Below, in pieces: positions 57,901 to 64,000 of a DNA stretch of 64,000 nucleotides. Made by a program: the position numbers and the translations under genes. This DNA is from Verrucomicrobiia bacterium. Lineage in GTDB: Bacteria; Omnitrophota; Omnitrophia; Omnitrophales; Aquincolibacteriaceae. Location of the stretch: positions 364-64,363 of the forward strand of contig DATJFP010000051.1 in NCBI GenBank assembly GCA_035495615.1. The letters run 5' to 3'. The first letter of the stretch is position 1. Every line of letters starts with the position of its first letter. Under the pieces are notes generated by a model. That model did not search any database and was not told the origin of the DNA. It saw nothing but the letters and a program-made list of their open reading frames with translations.

Positions 57901-58099
57901 TTCCTGGGGCGCGGGCTCGGAAACCATGACGCCCATGGCCGTTTCCGTCATCGGCGGCGTGACCGTTTCCACGATCCTCACTCTTTTCGTCGTGCCCTGC
58001 GCCTACCTTGCTTTCTCACGTTTCGAGAAACAGGTCTATCAGAAGCCCGAAGACGGCGCGCCCGCGCCCTCCTCCGCGCCCTTACACGCGAAAAAATAA
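54968..58099 (+). CDS. RND efflux permease (AcrB/HAE1-like)
   Basis: 1043 aa. Canonical 12-TM AcrB architecture (NPVFAWVLM..., GLTLVIGIVVDDAI..., second half paralogous). GTG start overlapping the TolC stop. Confidence 0.9.
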   Translation: MTLSDYSIKNPVFAWVLMAGILVFGWVGYKRLGVSQLPDVDFPVVTVSVTWEGAAPEVMETEVTDVIEDAVMSVEGIKEVTSNSQQGQASITIELNLNRDIDAALQDVQTKIAQAQLNLPRDIDPPIVTKTNPEDQPIMWLALSGDRPFKDLVHYVSETLKDQFTTVSGVGDIRLGGYVDPNLRVWLDAAKMREKELTVEDVLNAITTQHSDLPAGYIDTGHKEINVRVYGEAATAEAFSNLIIPSRVRGGPVWTDLHIGDIGKVEDGLADERRISRTGGKRAIGIGIIKQRGTNAVSVAEAVKKKAEALKPMLPDGMQLTVVFDATKFIEQSVHSLTMNLVLAALLTSIVCYVFLGSFSATFNVLLSIPVSIMGAFIIIYFLGFTINTFTMLGLTLVIGIVVDDAIMVLENISRYHEQGLERKEAAIIGARQITFAALAASIAILAIFVPVIFMQGVIGKFFFQFGITISVAVLFSLLEALTIAPMRCSQFLTVGHSTRLGKFMDDRMHALSRRYEQALRFCLDHRKKVLAVSLGVFILSFQLTKGIKKEFVPSQDQSRFLVRLVLPLGTSIEETDALFKKAEAFLMTQPALNKYYSAIGGFTGGQVNTGMLFVTMKDKKDRPKVNGHPMTQQEFMGVVRKEFSGLPNVERAIIQDLSQSGFTAQRGFPVEFTLRGPDWTKLADYGKQIMDKMKESGLMTDIDTDYQLGMPELRVLPDRTKASQQGVSVSSIATTINAMIGGVRNGKFTNNGKRYDIRVRLNQADRASPDDVKGIWVRNQYGEVVPLSDVVTSNIEPSLFSITRKNRERAISIFANPAAGHSQQEAIDYVRTMSDKVLEGEYHAVFSGGSQAFAESFKSLVFALLMGIFVAYMVLATQFGSFIHPFTVLLALPFSVTGAFAALFISRNSMNLYSMIGLILLMGIVKKNSILLVDFTNEQRHQGKAPREALLEACPVRLRPILMTSIATVAAAIPEALSWGAGSETMTPMAVSVIGGVTVSTILTLFVVPCAYLAFSRFEKQVYQKPEDGAPAPSSAPLHAKK

Positions 58100-58113
58100 T
58101 CCGCTGCTTAAAC

Positions 58114-58200
58114 GTGAGAGCATGGACGGGGACAGGTCTTTAGACTTGTCCCCAAGGTTTTGAGAGCAGGAGGCCGGATGCAAGCGTGCAAGCGTTCGCC
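58114..58200. repeat. Intergenic repeated element, copy 2
   Basis: GTGAGAGCATGGACGGGGACAGGTCTTTAGACTTGTCCCCAAGG...GCAGGAGGCC...TGCAAGC. Matches 45407..45490 with stem-preserving substitutions. Confidence 0.6.
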
Positions 58201-58283
58201 GCAAAACGGCTTCCCGAAGAAACACGGCTCTTGCAATCCACGCATCTCCCGAGGACAATAGACCCCATTACTGGAGGTGTCCC

Positions 58284-59336
58284 ATGCTCACGATGCTGAA
58301 GACCAAAGGTTATGCCGCCACTTCGCCCACCGCGCCGCTTTCTCCTTTTTCCTTCGACCGCCGCGAGCCCGGCCCGCGCGACGTCCTGATCGAGATCCTT
58401 TATGCCGGCATCTGCCACTCCGACATCCACCAGGCGCGCAACGAATGGGGGAACGCGACGTACCCCATGGTGCCGGGCCACGAGATCGCGGGACGCGTGG
58501 TGCGCACGGGCGCCCAGGCGAAAAAGTTCAAGGCCGGAGACGCGGTGGGCGTGGGATGTTTCGTGGATTCTTGCCGCGCTTGCCCGAGCTGCAAGGAGGG
58601 CGAGGAGCAATTCTGCGAAAAGCATCCTTCCTTTACCTACAACGGCACCGAGCAGGACGGCAAGACGCCCACTTACGGCGGCTATTCGTCGCAGATCGTG
58701 GTCGACGAAGATTACGTGCTGAGAATTCCGGCGTCGATCCCGCTCGATAAAGCCGCGCCGCTGCTCTGCGCGGGCATCACGACCTATTCGCCTCTGCGCC
58801 GTTTTAAGGTGGGACCCGGCATGCGCGTCGGGATCGTGGGGCTTGGAGGCTTGGGGCACATGGCCGTCAAGTTCGCGGCCTCGATGGGCGCGGAAGTCAC
58901 GGTCTTCAGCACCTCCAAAGCCAAAGAGGCGGACGCGCGCCGCTTCGGCGCCAAAGATTTCGTGATTGCCAAAGACCCGAAAGCGCTCGAGCCGCTGGCC
59001 GGGAGTTTTGATTTCATCCTGGACACCGCGTCCGCCAACCACGACTTGGACGCTTATCTCAACATGCTGCGCCGCGGCGGAACGCTCGCGCTCGTCGGCG
59101 CGCCGGAAAAGCCGGCCGAGTTCCACGTATTTTCGCTGATCATGAAGCGCCGCGGGATCGCGGGCTCCTTGATCGGCGGCCTCCGCGAGACGCAGGAGAT
59201 GCTCGATTACTGCGGCAAAAAAAATATCGCGCCCGACATCGAAGTCATTCCCGTCCAAAAAATCAACGAGGCCTACGCCCGCACGGTCAAAGGCGACGTG
59301 CGCTACCGTTTCGTGATCGACCTGAAAACGCTTTAA
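58284..59336 (+). CDS. Zn-dependent NAD(P) alcohol dehydrogenase (cinnamyl-ADH/YahK-like)
   Basis: GICHSDIH, GHEIAGRV, structural-zinc CxxCxxCxxxxxxxC, Rossmann GLGGLGH. Confidence 0.9.
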   Translation: MLTMLKTKGYAATSPTAPLSPFSFDRREPGPRDVLIEILYAGICHSDIHQARNEWGNATYPMVPGHEIAGRVVRTGAQAKKFKAGDAVGVGCFVDSCRACPSCKEGEEQFCEKHPSFTYNGTEQDGKTPTYGGYSSQIVVDEDYVLRIPASIPLDKAAPLLCAGITTYSPLRRFKVGPGMRVGIVGLGGLGHMAVKFAASMGAEVTVFSTSKAKEADARRFGAKDFVIAKDPKALEPLAGSFDFILDTASANHDLDAYLNMLRRGGTLALVGAPEKPAEFHVFSLIMKRRGIAGSLIGGLRETQEMLDYCGKKNIAPDIEVIPVQKINEAYARTVKGDVRYRFVIDLKTL

Positions 59337-59450
59337 TTCCGCTGAGCATCAACAGGGAAGGCGTCTTTTTCCGGCACCTCGTTTTCCCTCCTCGAATGCC
59401 TCTTTAAAATGTCAGGGATTCTCTGAAAATGACCCATTTCCTTTCCTTCG

Positions 59451-59478
59451 CTTGACCCTTGCGCGGTTCGAAATAGAA
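59451..59478 (+). promoter_or_regulatory. Sigma70-like promoter TTGACC-16-TAGAAT
   Basis: Located 50 nt upstream of the MEDS gene ATG in a lower-GC intergenic region. Confidence 0.4.
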
Positions 59479-59528
59479 TAGAAAAAATCATTCCACATCA
59501 AGAACTCATTGTTAGGCTTCAGATCGCC

Positions 59529-60362
59529 ATGAAAACAGAATTGATTCCTGCTCAACTTTTAGAAGATTCCGGCGACATGCGGCACGTGGTGCAGCTGTAC
59601 CGCGGAGAGGATTTTCTTCTCCAGGCGCTGGAGTCTTTTGCCGACGCCGGCCTCCGCAAAGGCGAAACCGTCCTGATTATTGCCACCGGTCCTCATCTCT
59701 CCGCCTGTACCTCGGCCCTTGCCGCGAAAGGCCATAATCTTGCCGCCGCGGCCGGGAGCGGGCAGTGGCATGCCTACAACGCGGAAATCCTGCTGCCTCA
59801 AATCATGTCCGGAGACATGCCCGATGCCAAAGCCTTCGACGCGCTCGTGGGTGCGGCGATACGGCAGGCGATAGGGTTCCGGAAGAAACGCAAGATGCGC
59901 GCCTTCGGCGAACTGGTGAACCTGCTTTCGGAAAACGATAATCTCAAGGGAGCGGAAGCGCTCGAAGACCTGTGGAACGAGCTCGTCCCGCGTTACCGGT
60001 TCTCGCTTTATTGCGCCTATGCCATGGACGCGCTCGATCCGAAGAGGTATCACGGCGCGGTCCAGCAGGTCTGCAGGACGCATTCCCATTTCGTCACGGA
60101 CCTGGACAACGGCCAATTTGATAACCACTTGGGGCAGGCTTTGCGCGAAATCCTCGGCTCTGAACTTTCGCTCATGGTTCGCCGGATGGCCGTCTCCGAA
60201 CGCAATTTCACAGTCCGGATGACGGAAGCCGAAGCGGTCAAACATTGGCTGTTCAAAAACATGCCCCTCACTGCAGACAAGATACTGAACGCGGCGCGGC
60301 ATCACCTCGAAGCGCCGACAGGAGCTCCTGCCCTAACGCGGTTGAAACCGATGCTTGCCTAG
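59529..60362 (+). CDS. MEDS domain protein (DcmR-like sensory domain)
   Basis: HVVQLYRGEDFLLQALESFADAGLRKGETVLIIATGPHL matches the MEDS N-terminal signature. Confidence 0.55.
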   Translation: MKTELIPAQLLEDSGDMRHVVQLYRGEDFLLQALESFADAGLRKGETVLIIATGPHLSACTSALAAKGHNLAAAAGSGQWHAYNAEILLPQIMSGDMPDAKAFDALVGAAIRQAIGFRKKRKMRAFGELVNLLSENDNLKGAEALEDLWNELVPRYRFSLYCAYAMDALDPKRYHGAVQQVCRTHSHFVTDLDNGQFDNHLGQALREILGSELSLMVRRMAVSERNFTVRMTEAEAVKHWLFKNMPLTADKILNAARHHLEAPTGAPALTRLKPMLA

Positions 60363-60415
60363 GCTAAAATAGAGCATTCTAAGACCGTTGTTTATCCCCC
60401 CGGGAAGGAATTGCT

Positions 60416-62068
60416 GTGAACGTTTCGGATCTTTTTGTGAAGTGCCTGGAGAATGAGGGCGTCGAATACGTCTTCGGTCTTCCGGGTGAAGAAATCGAAG
60501 ACCTCCTTTTTTCGCTGGAAAAATCCACCATCAAATTCATCGCCACGCGCCATGAGCAGGGCGCGGCCTTCATGGCCGACGTGTGGGGACGCCTCACGGG
60601 CAAAGCGGGCGTGTGCCTCGCAACGCTCGGGCCGGGCGCCACGAACCTCGTCACCGGTGTCGCGGATGCGAACCTGGACAAAAGCCCGGTCGTCGCCATC
60701 ACGGGACAGGCCGGCCTGCACCGGGCGCACAAGGAAAACCATCAGTACCTCGACATCGTCAGCATGTTCCGCCCCATCACCAAGTGGAATGCCGCGATCG
60801 CGGATCCTGACACGGTTCCCGAGGTCGTGCGCAAGGCGTTCAAAGTCGCGGAAAGCGAGAAGCCGGGCGCCGCGCACATCGAGCTTCCCGAAGACGTCGC
60901 GGCAATGCAGGCCGATGGGGCCCCGATCCCCGTGGTCAAGGTGCGCCGGCCCGACCCGGACAACACGGCGCTGAAAGAAACCGTACGCCTCCTGAAAAAG
61001 GCGAAGCGTCCGCTCATCATCGCGGGCAACGGCGCCGTGCGCAAACCGGTGTCGCCGCACCTGGTCAAATTCGTCGAGAAATTCAACATCCCCTACGTGA
61101 ACACGTTCATGGGGCAGGGGTCTGTCCCGGACAACAGCCCGCAGTCGCTTTTCACGATCGGCCTCGGCTTCCGCGACCTCGTGATGGACGCGGTCGACGC
61201 CGCGGACCTGATCCTCACCATCGGCTACGACATCGCGGAATACTCGCCCGAGCGCTGGAACCCGCGCAACGATAAGACCATCGTGCACATCGACTTCACG
61301 GCCGCGGAGGTCTACACGCATTACCAGCCCGCGGTCGAGATCGTGGCCGACATCGCGGCAACGCTGCGCGAACTGACCGCGCTTTTTTCTAAGGAAGATA
61401 AGGTCTTCGAATATTTCTGGTACGTGCCCGTGCGCGAGAGCATCATCGCCGACCTCAAGAGCTACACGCTCAAAAAAGGCCGGCCGTTCACGGTGCCCGG
61501 CGTCCTGAACGTGCTTCGCGAAGTCATGGCCGACGAGGACCTTCTCATCAGCGACGTGGGCAGCCACAAGCTCTGGATCGCGCGCAATTTTCCCGTGAAC
61601 ACGCCGAACGGATGCCTGATCTCCAACGGGCTGGCGAGCATGGGCTTTGCGCTTCCCGGCGCCGTGGCCGCGGCGCTTACCGGCCAGAAGCGGAAAATTG
61701 TGGCGGCCATGGGCGACGGCGGCTTCCTGATGAATTCGCAGGAGCTGGAGACCGCGAAACGCCTGAAGCTGGGCTTTACCGTGCTCATTTTCAACGACAA
61801 CGATTACGGGCTCATCAGCTGGAAGCAGACCATGAGCCGCGGGCGCACGACGGGCACGCGCCTGACCAATCCCGATTTCAAGAAATACGCCGAGAGTTTC
61901 GGCATTCCCTGCTATTCGCCCCGCGATCTGGCTTCGCTCCACCGCGATCTGAAGAAAGCGGTTTCGTCCGGCGAGCTCTGCATCGTGGAAGTTCCCGTGG
62001 ATCCCAGCGTCAATCTCAAGCTGACGGGCAAACTGGCCGCGGCGCGCAAGGCAAAGAAACCCGCATGA
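60416..62068 (+). CDS. Acetolactate synthase, large subunit-type TPP enzyme (AlsS/IlvB-like)
   Basis: GTG start with a GGAAGGAA SD. TPP-binding motifs (GDGGFLMNSQELETA...NDN) and an N-terminal Pyr domain (GVEYVFGLPGEE). Confidence 0.85.
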   Translation: MNVSDLFVKCLENEGVEYVFGLPGEEIEDLLFSLEKSTIKFIATRHEQGAAFMADVWGRLTGKAGVCLATLGPGATNLVTGVADANLDKSPVVAITGQAGLHRAHKENHQYLDIVSMFRPITKWNAAIADPDTVPEVVRKAFKVAESEKPGAAHIELPEDVAAMQADGAPIPVVKVRRPDPDNTALKETVRLLKKAKRPLIIAGNGAVRKPVSPHLVKFVEKFNIPYVNTFMGQGSVPDNSPQSLFTIGLGFRDLVMDAVDAADLILTIGYDIAEYSPERWNPRNDKTIVHIDFTAAEVYTHYQPAVEIVADIAATLRELTALFSKEDKVFEYFWYVPVRESIIADLKSYTLKKGRPFTVPGVLNVLREVMADEDLLISDVGSHKLWIARNFPVNTPNGCLISNGLASMGFALPGAVAAALTGQKRKIVAAMGDGGFLMNSQELETAKRLKLGFTVLIFNDNDYGLISWKQTMSRGRTTGTRLTNPDFKKYAESFGIPCYSPRDLASLHRDLKKAVSSGELCIVEVPVDPSVNLKLTGKLAAARKAKKPA

Positions 62069-63429
62069 ATACCCCCACCGTGAATCCCGCGACCGGCGAG
62101 GCCGGCCGCGTTTATCCGGAAGTAACGCCGTCCGAACGCGCGGCGCTTCTTGCCTGCGCGGCGGCGGCCTTCGAATCCTGGCGCCTGCTTTCGCTCGGCG
62201 AACGCGCGGCGCGCTTCAAGTCCGCGGGCGAGGTGCTCAGGCGCGGCGCGCGGGAGCTCGCGGTGCTGATCGCCGCGGAAATGGGGAAGCCCGTGACGCA
62301 GGGGCGCAAGGAAATCGAAAAATGCGCGCTCGTCTGCGATTATTACGCGGAGCACGCCGAAAAATTCCTTTCTCCCGAACCCGTGAAAACCGAGGCCTCC
62401 AAAAGCTACGTGGCGTTCGAGCCGCTCGGCACGGTGCTGGCGGTCATGCCGTGGAATTTCCCCTTCTGGCAGGTGTTCCGCGCCGCCGCGCCCGCGATGA
62501 TGGCGGGCAACACGATGGTGCTCAAGCATGCGATCAATGTTCCGGGCTGCGCGGTAGCCATTGAAAAAGTTTTCATCGACGCCGGCTTTCCGGAAGGCGC
62601 CTTCCTCAACATCCATACCGATAATGCGGGCGTGGCCGCGATCATCGAGCATCCCGCGGTCAAGGCCGTGACCTTGACCGGCAGCGTAGCCGCGGGAAGG
62701 GCCGTCGCCTCGAAAGCGGGAAGCATGTTGAAAAAAACCGTTCTCGAACTCGGCGGCAGCGATCCTTATCTTATCCTGGCCGACGCGGACCCGAAAGAAG
62801 CGGCGTTTGTCTGCGGCCAGTCGCGGATGATCAATTCCGGACAGAGCTGCGTCGCGGCCAAGCGTTTCATCGTGGAAGAAAAAGTCTACGACGCGTTCAC
62901 GCAGGGGCTCGCCGATTACATGAAAGCGCTGAAGATGGGCAATCCGCTCGAAGAGGGCACGGAAGTCGGCCCTTTGGCCCGGCTGGACCTTCGCGACGGC
63001 GTGCACCGCCAGGTCGAGGAAAGCGTGCGCAAAGGGGCGCGCCTCGTGACCGGAGGCAAGCGGCCGGAAGGCCCCGGCGCGTTTTATCCGCCCACGGTGC
63101 TCGCGGACGTAAAAAAAGGCATGCCCGCCTTTGACGAAGAAGTCTTCGGCCCCGTGGCCTCGGTCATCAAGGTGCGAGACGAAAATGAGGCGGTCCGGAC
63201 GGCCAATGATTCGGTTTTCGGGTTGGGCTCGGCAGTCTTCACGCGCGATGTGAAAAAAGGCGAACGCATCGCCCGCGAATTGAAGGCCGGCATCGCATGC
63301 GTCAACGCGTACGTGCAGTCCGACCCGCGGCTTCCTTTCGGCGGCGTCGAACAGTCCGGCTACGGCCGCGAGCTCGGCATTTTCGGGATCCGGGAATTCG
63401 TCAACATCAAGACGGTCTACGTCAAATGA
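62065..63429 (+). CDS. NAD(P)-dependent succinate-semialdehyde/aldehyde dehydrogenase
   Basis: ALDH motifs VLELGGSDP (catalytic Glu region) and the GQSCVAAKR catalytic Cys. ATGA overlap with the AlsS stop. Confidence 0.85.
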   Translation: MNTPTVNPATGEAGRVYPEVTPSERAALLACAAAAFESWRLLSLGERAARFKSAGEVLRRGARELAVLIAAEMGKPVTQGRKEIEKCALVCDYYAEHAEKFLSPEPVKTEASKSYVAFEPLGTVLAVMPWNFPFWQVFRAAAPAMMAGNTMVLKHAINVPGCAVAIEKVFIDAGFPEGAFLNIHTDNAGVAAIIEHPAVKAVTLTGSVAAGRAVASKAGSMLKKTVLELGGSDPYLILADADPKEAAFVCGQSRMINSGQSCVAAKRFIVEEKVYDAFTQGLADYMKALKMGNPLEEGTEVGPLARLDLRDGVHRQVEESVRKGARLVTGGKRPEGPGAFYPPTVLADVKKGMPAFDEEVFGPVASVIKVRDENEAVRTANDSVFGLGSAVFTRDVKKGERIARELKAGIACVNAYVQSDPRLPFGGVEQSGYGRELGIFGIREFVNIKTVYVK

Positions 63430-63857
63430 AGCATGTCCTTCTCGTGGAGGATAGCGCGGCGCAGTCCAGGCTCATCGAAGAGGCCTTCAAGGTCGAAGGG
63501 GCCGGCTGCACGCTTGACCTGGCTGACGACGGCGGAAAAGTCCTGGATTATCTGAAGAGAAAGCCGCCCTTCGAGAAAAAAACATTTCCCGATCTCATCC
63601 TGCTCGATCTTCATCTTCCTCCGATGGGCGGCGAAGCGCTTTTAAAAATGATCCGCGAGGAAAATAGTTTCGAAGCGCTGCCCGTGCTTGTCCTCTCCAA
63701 CTCCGATTACGTCGAAAACGTTTCCCGCTGCTACCAGCTCGGCGCGAACTGCTATCTGATCAAACCTTCGAGCTTCCGCGATTTATGCGGCATGGTCAGG
63801 GGCCTCAGAAAATTCTGGCTCGACTCCAAAAGAGCCGGGAATCCCGTCCGCGTTTAG
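63426..63857 (+). CDS. Single-domain response regulator (CheY-like receiver)
   Basis: VLLVEDS, phospho-acceptor D in ILLDLHLPPMGG, conserved Lys in YLIKP. ATGA overlap with the ALDH stop. Confidence 0.85.
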   Translation: MKHVLLVEDSAAQSRLIEEAFKVEGAGCTLDLADDGGKVLDYLKRKPPFEKKTFPDLILLDLHLPPMGGEALLKMIREENSFEALPVLVLSNSDYVENVSRCYQLGANCYLIKPSSFRDLCGMVRGLRKFWLDSKRAGNPVRV

Positions 63858-64000
63858 GCGGCTCCTTCTTCCGTGCCCTCTTTTTAACCGCTTCTCCGAA
63901 GAACTCCTTTTCCCAACTTTCCTCTAAACGACCGAAGGATAAAAAATTGATATTTAATGATAGTTATTACTATTTAATGATATTACTTTTTTGCTAGTTA

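Noticed and set aside
1-64000. Searched by eye for tRNA/rRNA genes, CRISPR repeats, transposase/integrase genes and IS inverted repeats
   Set aside because: None seen. No regularly spaced direct repeats. No DDE/tyrosine-recombinase motifs. The only repeated DNA is the ~85-nt intergenic element and the intragenic module duplications.

Overview
This is a high-GC (roughly 63-65%) bacterial chromosomal window from a Gram-negative-type organism (TolC, RND pumps, lipoproteins, SlyX, ArfB, LexA). No rRNA, tRNA or CRISPR array was seen. Coding density is high, and many gene pairs have overlapping stop/start codons. The antisense strand carries many long Arg/Ala/Gly-rich ORFs that I treat as GC artefacts. 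The standout feature is one uninterrupted 12.5 kb ORF (19185..31691, 4168 aa). It encodes a signal-peptide-bearing mosaic protein with at least four GNAT acetyltransferase-like modules, at least four Rossmann methyltransferase-like modules, a PAS-like module and a possible Tiki/ChaN-like N-terminal domain. It also has internal tandem duplications and a recurrent (A/P/S)ELR motif at module boundaries. A small membrane protein follows it, and then an autoregulated lexA with an unusual TACCAT-N8-ATGGTA palindrome. Other content includes two MMPL/HpnN-like RND exporters, one of which is next to a MlaC/HpnM-like protein. There is a MarR-TolC-AcrB operon with no periplasmic adaptor. A run of overlapping genes codes for an HDG-type glycosylase, a YheT hydrolase, a YbdL-like aminotransferase, a spermidine-synthase-like protein and SlyX. 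An AlsS-ALDH-response regulator operon sits behind a MEDS-domain gene. A cluster of small zinc-ribbon and Cys-rich secreted proteins includes a divergent paralogous pair. Three hypothetical secreted or membrane proteins show recognisable folds or repeats. An ~85-nt hairpin-containing intergenic element occurs twice, alongside several AT-rich regulatory islands. Functional calls rest on motif recognition by eye, not database searches.
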